Positions 1 to 9,216 of a DNA stretch of 39,106 nucleotides are shown here, one piece after another. The translations under genes and the position numbers were made by a program. Location of the stretch: the NCBI GenBank assembly GCA_001275005.1, contig JWZX01002948.1:1-39106 (forward strand), written 5' to 3'. The notes under the pieces are model-generated. The model searched no databases and was not told the DNA's origin. It saw only the letters and a program-made list of their open reading frames with translations. The DNA comes from Chrysochromulina tobinii. Taxonomy: Eukaryota. Every line of letters starts with the position of its first letter. Position 1 is the first letter of the stretch.

Positions 1-265
1 GGTGGCGACGGCGCCTGGGGAGGGCGGCGGCGGCGGTGGCGAGGGTGGCGGTGGCGAGGGTGGCGAAGGCATCGAAGGCATGGGAGAGGAAGAGGATCCT
101 TCCACCTTCCGGCGGTTGGATTGAGGACAGGCGGCGGCGAGGCGGCGGCGGCCGAGGCGGCGGGGGCCGAGACGGCGGCGGCCGAGACGGCGAGGGCCAG
201 GGCGGCGGCGGCGAGGGCGGCGGCGGCGATGGTCTTGTAGGTATCGGCGGCGGCGAGGCTGCCCA
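1..265 (-). pseudogene. Pro/Ser-rich (SPPPP) low-complexity coding fragment, running off the window start
   Basis: The minus strand reads SPPP/PPPSP runs like those at 24840-26150. The Pro-rich frame shifts and has a stop just upstream, so no intact start is visible. Confidence 0.3.
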
Positions 266-663
266 CCCATTCAGCACTTACTGTACTGGTCTCGTTGGAA
301 AAGGTTGCCGCGCGATGAAGTCTACCGGTAAAAAAGTCACCAGAGGAGCCGGGACACACAAATGGGCTATGACGGAGCGCGCGCCGCGCGGGGAGGGTGG
401 TTACCAGTTTCAAAAACACCGGGGGAGCCGGTACACTCAGGACAGACACACGAATAACCGGGTTGATCGCACAAACTCCCTCACAGAACCGAACCGACTC
501 ACACCGCCGTCACAGACCGCACGCGGCGCGCAAGTCTCCAGGTATCTTCACAAGAGCCGAATTCGTGGGTTGATTATGACTCTTTCGCTATGTCTTGTAC
601 CGCTCTATTCGCGGTCCCGGAGCCCGCGCCCGCACCGGCTCTGCCAGTCCGGCAACGCGGCGC

Positions 664-766
664 GGCGTCGAGCGCCAAAAACGGTGCCACGGATTCAAAT
701 GACCCCTCGCTGGGGCGTCGAGCGCCAAAAACGGTGCCACCGATTCAAATGACCCCTCAGCTGGGG
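664..766. repeat. Tandem direct repeat, 2 x ~50 bp
   Basis: GGCGTCGAGCGCCAAAAACGGTGCCAC(G/C)GATTCAAATGACCCCTC occurs at 664 and 714. Confidence 0.9.
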
Positions 767-1014
767 GGAACCGTCCTCTGCGCAGGCCCACACGAGATTC
801 TCGAGCGTCCCTCGCACCGACGATGCAAACGCGCGCGGCTAGGTACTCTGCAGATACTCCTGCACGCGCCGTGCAAAGGGCCCGCGCGGCGCGGGCGTCG
901 TCTCCGCCGGACGGCTCGCGAGCAGCCCGAGTCGATCCTGCACCATCTCGTGCTCCTCATGCCGGTTCCAATCACGCTGCACGCGCCCGCCGCCGTCGTA
1001 GCACCCCTTCCAAG

Positions 1015-1665
1015 TCACCCCTGGAATGAGTGAGGCGATATGGCACTCAGCGGCAATCGGTGGCACTCGAAGGCAATCTCCATGGGCATTTATGTCCATC
1101 AGAAGCTATCAGCAGCAATCAGTGGCCATCAGAGAAACTAACCTGCAGCGGACCGAGCTTCGCTAGGCGGCAAAAGTCGCGCCGGCCGAGCGGCGGCAGC
1201 GGCTGTTTGCGTCCGTCGATCGGGACGACCTGACCGCCAATCACGGAGAGAACATCAGCGTACAAGGGGGAGGGCGATCAAGATGCCACGGAGAGAGAGA
1301 GAGAGAAAGAAACCATCAAGATGCCATGAGAGGAAGCAAGCAGCATGGGATGCGAGGATATGATCGGGCTCTTCGATTCTCACCGAGCACTGGCCGAGAT
1401 CATCGAGGCTCGGCCGGCCATCGGCGGTGATCAGCAGCTGCGCGGGGTGGATGTCGGGGTGGATGAGTCGTGCGCACTGCATGCTCCAGCAGGCGTGGAG
1501 GAACGCGACGCTCATAAGCAGCCCGAATGAGAGGAACTTCAGCGGGTGCGCGTCCTGAGCTCCTGAGCAGCATCTCCTGAGCAGCATCTCCCCGCTCAGC
1601 GCCGTCAGCATGCTGGATGAGTTGTTTGAGCGAGCAGCACGCGCCCGGGCGGCACCAAAAGGCAA
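1015..1665 (-). pseudogene. Degenerate protein-kinase-like fragment with two introns (1230-1383, 1021-1142)
   Basis: The translation ...VAFLH...LIHPDIHPAQLLITADGRPSLDDLG resembles the kinase catalytic loop/DFG region (HxDIKPxN...DxG). Introns are GTGAG...CAG and GTTAG...CAG. The spliced frame stops one codon after intron 2 and no N-lobe is visible. Confidence 0.4.
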
Positions 1666-1735
1666 GCAACCTCTTTCGCGGCGCCGCCACCCTACCTAGG
1701 TGCCGCCGAGACCGCAAGAAGACCGCGAGTGACAG

Positions 1736-2401
1736 ATGCCGCCGCTCAAGAAGCAGAAGGCGTCACCGGCTGGCACGGCAGCGCTCACACCCAAGGATGC
1801 ATACATCGCGCGGCTGGAGAAGACAATCGACGAATATCGTTGCAAGGGCTCCATGCTGATTGTCTGCGTGCACAATCACGAGCACGACGAGGAAGATGAT
1901 GACGATGACGACGAGGAGGAACATGACACCAAGGAGTACACCGCAGAGGACATCTCGAGGTTGCGCCACATCCTCATCAACGACAGCCGCGACAAGGCGC
2001 TCAAGAAGGCGCAAAAGTTTGCCACATGCGGCTCGAGCATGATGTTTGGGACGAGTGAGGGGAATCAGATCTGCATCGGGCTCCCGCGCGAGGTCAAGAA
2101 GGCGCTCAAGCTCAAGACACTGCCCGAGCGCTTCGACACGCTGTTCGCGCTCACGTACGCCATCAAGGAGTATGACTTCTGGATGAACGACAACGAGTGC
2201 TGGGAGTCAGGGGCGGAGCTCGAGACTGCGATGAAGGTGCTTGCCAAGGCGTGGCGAGACCTGCTCAAGCGCAGCGACGCCGAGCTTGGCATCGACGCGG
2301 AGTTTACGCGCCCGGGCATCGAGGCGCTCCTCGAGCAACTCGAAGACGACTTCAAGGGCTGCGAGCCAACGGCCGAATTCGACTTCAAGTGGCGCGCGTA
2401 G
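1736..2401 (+). CDS. Hypothetical protein with acidic tract, 221 aa
   Basis: ATG-to-TAG ORF with strong GC3 bias and globular-looking composition. Confidence 0.8.
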   Translation: MPPLKKQKASPAGTAALTPKDAYIARLEKTIDEYRCKGSMLIVCVHNHEHDEEDDDDDDEEEHDTKEYTAEDISRLRHILINDSRDKALKKAQKFATCGSSMMFGTSEGNQICIGLPREVKKALKLKTLPERFDTLFALTYAIKEYDFWMNDNECWESGAELETAMKVLAKAWRDLLKRSDAELGIDAEFTRPGIEALLEQLEDDFKGCEPTAEFDFKWRA

Positions 2402-3362
2402 TCGTTGAACTGAACGACGTCTGAACGGCATCCACAGATCCACTCTCTCCGGCGGCCGGTCTTTTCGGGTCCGGACGCCCCGCGGGGTCTACCGGGGTAC
2501 TACCGGGGTCTCGGGGGCACGGCGGCGGGTGGGGGGCAGGGGGCCGCGGAGAACACATGCGCGGAGACCGCGCGTGGTTTCACTCTTTCACACATCGCGC
2601 GGCTATCGCGCGGCCGCCGGACGGTGTGACGAGATCGGTGTGGCGTTGACTCAGTTTCCCGTCCGGGAGCGCATGGGCAGATGGGCTGAGATAAGTGACT
2701 GACGAACTCCCGGTAATAGGCGTCTTGCTTGATCGCGTTCGGGTACATGTACACGGACGTCGTCCGGTAGTCGTACGGGTCGCGCGGCCCTTCATGTACC
2801 GTTGTACGCCCGGCCGCCGGCGTAGCTACGCTGTACGCTCCCACCAGGCGGGCTGGGCGTCCACGACCACGTAGTACGAAAGCGTTATCGCCCGACGACG
2901 CGACCGCGGCCCCGCCGGGTCGCATGACCGCGAGCCGGACATGGAGCCGGACCACCGGTCGGAGACCGCGCAGACGGGCAGACCCTTCGCCGAATGCCGG
3001 GGCCCCTCGTCGCGTCGTAGCACGTAGGTTCGTCCATCGTCGTTGCTTCGACGGGCGCGGGGACGGGACCGGGACGGTCGGGAAAAAGCGCAAAACTGTA
3101 ACGTAAACTGCTAAACTCCAACAGGATATCTTCAACTGTATCGTATTATCTGTCCCGCGCGCCCGTCTGTCCGGACATGCCGTCGCCGCGCGAACGCATC
3201 CATCACGTGAGACGAAACCGCGACAGTGGTTCCACGCGGCACGACACGATGTGTGTGACACAGTCACGACCCAGATAGACGTGGGTCCTTCTCTCTCATA
3301 GTCCACACGCATGCCTCCCTTCACTGGCCTCCCTTCACCACCCCGCAGAGGGCTCAAGCAGC

Positions 3363-4853
3363 CTAATGGGCGCTCTTGATCTTCTTCATGACCATCTCGA
3401 TGGGCTTCGGGTTCTTGCCCTGTGCCACGTACTCGTCCAGGCACATCTGGGCGTACTGGTCGAAGATGGCGTCCTCGTCCTTGCCAAACTGCTTGGTCAT
3501 CTCGGACTCGTACATCTCCTCGAGCTTCTCCGTGTCGAGCTTGTCGGTCTTCTCGGCCATCTGGAGGAGCAGGCCCTCGTCGCGCAGCTTGTTGCGCTCG
3601 AACTTTGCGCGGATGGCCATGGCGTGCTCCTCGCGCAACGTCGCGTTCAGCTTCTGCATCTCAGAGACGTAGTGATGATCCTCTGCCTTCTCCTGCGCCG
3701 CGCGCTCGGCCTTCCAGCGCATCTGCTGCTGCCGCGACATGTGCATCACGAGCAGCTCTGTCTTCTTCTGCTCGTCCAGCCGCTCGCGCGCCGCCTGCGC
3801 CTTGGCCTGCACCTCCATCGCCTGCTTCTCGAGCCGTTGATTGCTCGCCTTGTTCATATCGGTCAGCTTGGCGATTTGCCTGTCGATGAGCTGCTGCCGC
3901 CACGCCTGGCGCTCCTTGAAGCGCGCCTCCTCGCGGTCGCGCCGCTCGAGCAGGTCCTTCTCCTTGTGCGACGCGTACGCGAGCATGCGCTTCTCCTCGG
4001 CCTCGAGGAGCGCCTGGTCCTCGGCACGCCGCTTGAGCAGAAACTCGTTCGCCTCGACGAGCTCGGCGCGCGCGCGCTTCTCGTGCTCGAGATTCTCGAG
4101 CCGCCGCCGGTGCTCCGCCTCGGCGTCCGCGATCGCCATCTGCTTCATCGCCACGCCCTCGCGCTTCATCTCGGCGATCCGCTCCGCCTGGTCGGCCATC
4201 TGCGACTCGATCTGCTCCTGTCGAACCTTTGCCACCGCCGCGCGTTTCGTCATCTCCTCCTCGTCGCGCAGGTCCTCCTCCGCGTCCATCCGCCGGATGG
4301 CGTCCTGCTGCTTCTGGTACCACCGCTCCTCGTTCTCGATCTCCCGCAGGCGCAGCCGCTTCTTCAGCTCGATCTGGCGCTCGCGCTCCTCCATCACGTC
4401 GGCTAGCATCAGCTTCGAGTGCAGCGACTTGACCCGGTCGGTCGAGTCGTAGAGCATCTTGTTGGCGCGCTCGATGGCCAGCCGGCGCTTCTCCTCCTGC
4501 AGCGCCGCCTCCTCCTTGTCAATCTCAAGCCGCAGCCGCTCCTCCGCATCCATCTTCTCGAGCCGCAGCTTCTCTTTGCGTTCGCGGTTGGCCTCGATCG
4601 TATTGGGCCACTTGGCCTTGCGGTCGTTGGAGAGATGGTGCAGCCGATCGCGGTCCATCTGCTTCTCAGAGGCCTCCGCCGGCCCCAATCGCGAGCGGTA
4701 CGCCATAGTCTGCAGCTCCTCCGAGCTAATCACCACCTGGTCCTTGAGGCCCGCCGGCATCGTGGCGGCCCTCTTGACCACAAACTCGTGCGGGTTTCCA
4801 AAGAGGGTCTTGTCGACGTACGACGGGTACGCAATGCGCCCGCGGAATGGCAT
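3363..4853 (-). CDS. CFAP210: Cilia/flagella-associated coiled-coil protein, CFAP210/CCDC173-like (TPH domain)
   Basis: WPNTIEA...EID.EEA...TDRVKSLHSKLMLADVMEERERQI matches the CCDC173 pattern, followed by a long E/R/K coiled coil. First ATG is at 4853. Confidence 0.75.
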   Translation of the reverse strand: MPFRGRIAYPSYVDKTLFGNPHEFVVKRAATMPAGLKDQVVISSEELQTMAYRSRLGPAEASEKQMDRDRLHHLSNDRKAKWPNTIEANRERKEKLRLEKMDAEERLRLEIDKEEAALQEEKRRLAIERANKMLYDSTDRVKSLHSKLMLADVMEERERQIELKKRLRLREIENEERWYQKQQDAIRRMDAEEDLRDEEEMTKRAAVAKVRQEQIESQMADQAERIAEMKREGVAMKQMAIADAEAEHRRRLENLEHEKRARAELVEANEFLLKRRAEDQALLEAEEKRMLAYASHKEKDLLERRDREEARFKERQAWRQQLIDRQIAKLTDMNKASNQRLEKQAMEVQAKAQAARERLDEQKKTELLVMHMSRQQQMRWKAERAAQEKAEDHHYVSEMQKLNATLREEHAMAIRAKFERNKLRDEGLLLQMAEKTDKLDTEKLEEMYESEMTKQFGKDEDAIFDQYAQMCLDEYVAQGKNPKPIEMVMKKIKSAH

Positions 4854-5100
4854 GCTTCCCGAGCGGCGGCAAACGGAGTGAAGCGGTGCCCGAGAGGAGA
4901 ACCGGACGCAGTCGACTGCAGGAGGAAGAGCACCTCTGCAAACGACAACGTCGTGCAAACCGGTACGGCGCGTCGGCGAATCTTCCGTCTCGTCGGCAAC
5001 GCTGTCTGTAACCACGTGACACACGTGTCACGTAACGGACGATCGGCCGGCTATTTCGCCGAAAGCGATCGAGTGCGCGCGCTCGCTCTGCCGCCAGCGA

Positions 5101-5652
5101 ATGCCGCCAGCGAAGGACGACCTCGTCACTGCGCTCGAGATGCCCCAGTGCCATTGCCTCAACGAGGCGAGCGACCACACGCTCCGTCACTGCCTCTCGG
5201 CCGAGTCGCGTGAGGACTCGGGCGCCTTTCTGCAGTCGGATGCCGACGAGGAGCTAGTGATCACGATCAAGTTCATGCAGGCCGTCAAAGTCTCGGCGAT
5301 CATAGTGCAGGCAGTCCTCGACGACGTCGACAGTGCGCCGACATCCATCAACATCTACAAGAATGTGCCAGGTGGCAACCTGGACTTTGACGACGCCAAG
5401 TCGACGAAGCCGACGCAGGAGGTGACGCTGTCCAAGGCCGACGTGATGGCCGGTGCGCCGCAGGAGCTCCGCTTTGTCAACTTTCAGGATGTTCAGACAC
5501 TCAGCATTTTTGTGCCCGGTAACCACGGCGGCGGCGACGTGACGAAGATTGCCAAGATCGCCGTACTGGGCGAGCTTGTGCAGCAGCAAGGACTAAAGCG
5601 CAGCGCGGAGCAGCAGGCTTCAGCCACCAAAGGCGACTGGCTCAACGGCTGA
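5101..5652 (+). CDS. PITH domain protein (PITHD1/TXNL1 C-terminal-like)
   Basis: CLNE...LQSDADEELVITIKFMQAVKVSAI...LDFDDA...LRFVNFQDVQTLSIFV...TKI is the PITH signature. Confidence 0.9.
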   Translation: MPPAKDDLVTALEMPQCHCLNEASDHTLRHCLSAESREDSGAFLQSDADEELVITIKFMQAVKVSAIIVQAVLDDVDSAPTSINIYKNVPGGNLDFDDAKSTKPTQEVTLSKADVMAGAPQELRFVNFQDVQTLSIFVPGNHGGGDVTKIAKIAVLGELVQQQGLKRSAEQQASATKGDWLNG

Positions 5653-6057
5653 CAAGGCGCGCGTCTCTGTGATCACGCGCGCGCGCACACAATACATTCG
5701 ACGTAGATAACCTTCAGGGAATGCAGTGTGTCGTACACCCCTCGGTTCACTGTGGCGTCTCAGGCGTCTCAATGCGTCACGGCCGCACACGCACGCGGCC
5801 CAGGCCGTCATGGCTCATGCGTCAACGAGGCCCGAGCCCCCCGCACGCATGCGACCAGCGCACGCGTGAGGTGCCGGCCGTGCGCGGCGTGCGCGGTGTC
5901 GTGGGGTACATATGTCGTGTGGAGGCGGCACCTGTATGCGAGACTTAAACTAAGGCGATACACAACCGTCGGCGGTCTACACCCGTCACCCCGACCTGAC
6001 GTGACGCGTACCGGGTGTACTACTGTTACCGGCGTCGCGGCGTCGTCACTCGTTACG

Positions 6058-8208
6058 TCACTCGTCGCCCGTCCACTCACGGTCATGCGAGGGCTGCCTC
6101 TCGCCCCTTGCGCTTACATGTAGTCCGCTGCACGACGCCCGCGAGCACAGCGGACTCAAGTCGCGCTGAGTTGAGCGCTCGTTCGGGCTGCCGCCCATGA
6201 ATCCCGAGATGGACTCTGACCGGAATCCTGAGATGGACTCTGACCGGAATCCCGAGATGCACTCTGACCGGAAGATCGTGGGTCGGTTAGGCGAGGGGGT
6301 GCCCGCACGCGGCGCGCGCTCCCGAGCGGCCACCTGGTTGGGCAGCCCAAAGGCGGGCGGCGCGAGCGCGGGCGGTGGTTCTCGGCCGTCAAGGCTCGCC
6401 GAGATTGCACCGAGATTGCACCGAGATTGCGGTGGTTCTCGGCCGTCAAGGCTCGCGTGCCTCGCAGGGACAGGTCCAGGCACTGTCGGGGAGCCGTGGA
6501 ATTCGGCCAGCCGTTGGGAGAACGGTCCACCGATGCTGCTCACCACGGCGCTGCTCCCGCCGCGGCTCTCGACGCTCAAGAGACTATCTGAGGCTCGCGA
6601 ACCACGCGCCGCCAAGCGCCGTCGCGGCACGGGAGTGAGCGCACCAGGCACTTCGCCCATCCCCGCGAGTAGGGCAGCTGGGTGCATGGGGAGCAGTGCA
6701 GGGTGCGGGCGCGGCGGGTGCTCGGCGCTCGGGCTGCTCGGCACGGCGCTCGGGCTGCTCGGCACGGCGCTCGGACTGCTCGGCACGGCGCCGTGCCGGT
6801 AGGACGCCGTCGGTGCCCAACTCGGCGCTGAGGCGGTTGGACTGATCAGCACCGGAGGCGAGTGGGGATCCCTGTGGGGATCTTCCCCGTGGGGATCCCT
6901 GTGGGGATCTTCCCTGTGGGGATCCCTGTGGGGATCTTCCCTGTGGGGATCCCTGTGGGGATCTTCCCTGTGGGGATCCCTGTGGGGATCTCCCGAGCCA
7001 GCAGCGGTGGCGGTGACCGCGGCCGCCTCTGCGCAGTACTCGCCCTCATCGACACCGCTCATGCGCTCCCCGCTCGACGAGGCACCACAGCAGCCGGCGG
7101 ACGCGGGGCAGCATGCGGGCGTGGCGGTACCGGCGCGGGTGGCGGCGGCGGTGCGGTACAAGGGGCCATGAGCGGCGCCCATCACAGCGCCATCGCCGCC
7201 GCCCATCGTACCGGTATGGCTCTCCCATCGTACCGGTATGGCGCTGTGATGGGCGCCGCTGATGGCCAGATGGCGCTGCAGCATGCCCGGCCGGCCACAA
7301 AGCAGCATCTGCGACACGGGCGAGAGGCGCTCGTTGTCTGATGGGCTGCGTCGCCACGGCTCGCTCACATACTCGCAGCGCGTGGCCTCGTCCATCGCAG
7401 GCGAGGCGAGTCCCGACGGCATGCCAGAGGTCGAGCCGCGAGTTGCCAAGTCCGCGTCGACGGACAAGTTGCCGGGGGAATCGACGCGCGGCCAGGGGCT
7501 CGCTCGCAGCCGCTTCGGCTCGTGCTGCGTCGCGTCCGACGCCGAGACACCGAGCCGCTGGAAGGTGTTGACCAGTGCTGAGGGCGGCGGACGCTCGAAG
7601 CCCTCCTCTCCCCAGCCGTGGCCGAGCAGCGGCGAGATCTCGTCCGACGGCGTGCGCACAGCCCCGGAGGGCGAAGGCACACCCGAGCCGATGAAGTCGT
7701 CAGGATGCCGTCGCTTCAGGTGGTGTTGTGGCGGCACGAAAAGAGGAGGCGGACGGTGCTGGTCATCGTCGCTCACGGAGTCGTGCACGGCGCCGCCAAC
7801 GCTGAAAGGTCGCGGAAGCGGTACGCGGGCAAGATTGCCCCGGCAGATAGCAACAGGCTGCGCGATGGGTCTGTTACAGGCTCGCTCATGACTGGGCCAT
7901 TGTCCTTCCATGACCGGCCTTCCTTCAGCGATCGCGGAGGTGTGAATTGGCTGTGAAGCTTCTTTCCTCAGTATGCACTCCAAGCCACAACATGCCTCCC
8001 CATGCACCCATGAACCACTGTACAACATGCACAACAGCCACAACATGCACCACAGTACAATATGCCAGACAATATGCAGTCCCTCCACACCTCGTTCTAA
8101 TCGTCGGGTTGCCCTCGACGGCTCATAGCCACATGCGGGCGCACTCGGGTATCGCTGCGTCATCGGCGCACCGCACCCTGGCGCACACAGCGAGGTAAGG
8201 ATGCTCAC
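6058..8208 (-). CDS. Hypothetical low-complexity protein with several in-frame tandem repeats; start uncertain
   Basis: A 716-codon ORF. All internal repeats (24, 57, 21 and 27 bp units) are multiples of 3 and keep the frame, which suggests coding constraint. No recognisable domain. Confidence 0.45.
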   Translation of the reverse strand: MSILTSLCAPGCGAPMTQRYPSAPACGYEPSRATRRLERGVEGLHIVWHIVLWCMLWLLCMLYSGSWVHGEACCGLECILRKEASQPIHTSAIAEGRPVMEGQWPSHERACNRPIAQPVAICRGNLARVPLPRPFSVGGAVHDSVSDDDQHRPPPLFVPPQHHLKRRHPDDFIGSGVPSPSGAVRTPSDEISPLLGHGWGEEGFERPPPSALVNTFQRLGVSASDATQHEPKRLRASPWPRVDSPGNLSVDADLATRGSTSGMPSGLASPAMDEATRCEYVSEPWRRSPSDNERLSPVSQMLLCGRPGMLQRHLAISGAHHSAIPVRWESHTGTMGGGDGAVMGAAHGPLYRTAAATRAGTATPACCPASAGCCGASSSGERMSGVDEGEYCAEAAAVTATAAGSGDPHRDPHREDPHRDPHREDPHRDPHREDPHRDPHGEDPHRDPHSPPVLISPTASAPSWAPTASYRHGAVPSSPSAVPSSPSAVPSSPSAEHPPRPHPALLPMHPAALLAGMGEVPGALTPVPRRRLAARGSRASDSLLSVESRGGSSAVVSSIGGPFSQRLAEFHGSPTVPGPVPARHASLDGREPPQSRCNLGAISASLDGREPPPALAPPAFGLPNQVAARERAPRAGTPSPNRPTIFRSECISGFRSESISGFRSESISGFMGGSPNERSTQRDLSPLCSRASCSGLHVSARGERQPSHDREWTGDE
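6200..6272. repeat. 24-bp tandem repeat x3
   Basis: AATCC(C/T)GAGATG(G/C)ACTCTGACCGG occurs three times. Confidence 0.9.
6724..6790. repeat. 21-bp tandem repeat x3
   Basis: GGCGCTCGG(G/A)CTGCTCGGCAC occurs three times (AVPSSPS on the minus strand). Confidence 0.9.
6862..6990. repeat. 27-bp (12+15) tandem repeat, ~5 units
   Basis: The minus-strand unit is GATCCCCACAGG-GATCCCCACAGGGAA (DPHRDPHRE). Confidence 0.9.
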
Positions 8209-8264
8209 ATGTGCTGAACCTCATGCATGCAGGCGTACTCCTCCTCGAGCATCCGCGCGAACAA

Positions 8265-8870
8265 TCACTGCGGGTTGCAGTCCGTGGACACGTTGATGGA
8301 CATGAGGAGCGCGATGATCAGCCCGTACATCGCCAGGGCCGATGCGCAGCCCTGGATCAGCACCATGCCGACGTACACTTTGGTGACGTGCGCCGGCTTG
8401 TGCTTGGGCGCCTCGGCAACGGACCGAATGCCCGCATCGCCCGAGATACCGATGCAGATGCCGCATGCCAGACTGGCCAAGCCGACCGTCAGCCCCGAGC
8501 AGAGGTGCGCGCACGCGGTGTACAGCGAGTAGTCCGAGTACGTGCCCGACCCTTTGGAGAAGGGCTGAATGCCCGTGCCGATGACGACTGCAATGATGAG
8601 GCCAAAGATACCCAAGACGCCCGCCATGACGATGGGGATGATGTTCTTGAAGGTCAAATCCGGGCGCGTCACGCCCGTCGCCGACAGTGCCTGCCCAGCC
8701 TTGCCAGTGCCATATGCAGCGCCAAGGTTTGAGAAGACGAGGGCAGACATGGCACCCATGAAGCCGAGCAGCGGACCGTAGACGGGGCAGAGCTCGAGCA
8801 CGCCTTCGGGCATCGGGATCAAAGGCAGCTTGGGGGGCGGGGGCGGGAACGACTCCTCGGACAAGTTCAT
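8265..8870 (-). CDS. ATP6V0C: V-type H+-ATPase proteolipid subunit c-like, divergent (TM4 Glu replaced by Ser)
   Basis: LCPVYGP..GFMG...LGAAYGTGK...IIPIVMAGVLGIFGLIIAV...AHLCSGLTVGL...IGISGDAGIR...VGMVLI...YGLIIAL are canonical proteolipid motifs. Confidence 0.88.
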   Translation of the reverse strand: MNLSEESFPPPPPKLPLIPMPEGVLELCPVYGPLLGFMGAMSALVFSNLGAAYGTGKAGQALSATGVTRPDLTFKNIIPIVMAGVLGIFGLIIAVVIGTGIQPFSKGSGTYSDYSLYTACAHLCSGLTVGLASLACGICIGISGDAGIRSVAEAPKHKPAHVTKVYVGMVLIQGCASALAMYGLIIALLMSINVSTDCNPQ

Positions 8871-9216
8871 CGCGTCGGGCGGAGTTCGCGTCCTTCCATG
8901 AACACGAGTGTAAACATTGGCTGTGAATGGTGTCTTCTTTTTCGTCTTCCCCTCTCCATCGCAACTCCGCATCTCTGATCTCTCTCTCATCACATGTCTC
9001 TCATCTCTCAACTCGTCCGTGTGTTCCCGAACCACAGACATGTCCGTCCCACATCCACCCTCCATCGTCGACCGCTCATGATACACATGTAACTCGGCTG
9101 GTCGCCGATGACGCACGCAGCAACGGCACTGCACAAGGCAACCAACGAGGACCTCAACCACGCGGCGTGCGGCACGTCACATGCGCCATTGATGCCGGGC
9201 ATTTCAGCTCAACTCG

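Noticed and set aside
2500..3444. 314-aa minus-strand ORF, and the idea that the region is a reversed or complemented gene
   Set aside because: The ORF is mostly R/P/G-rich noise. Reading part of the segment reversed or complemented gave no convincing protein.
3366..4452. Long plus-strand ORFs opposite CFAP210, and similar shadow ORFs opposite GBF1, the ARM gene and FAM91A1
   Set aside because: These are antisense or alternate-frame shadows expected from high GC3, with no protein-like features.
4987..5000. X-box (RFX)-like GTCTCGTCGGCAAC upstream of a ciliary gene
   Set aside because: There are three mismatches in the core, and RFX factors are not expected in this lineage.
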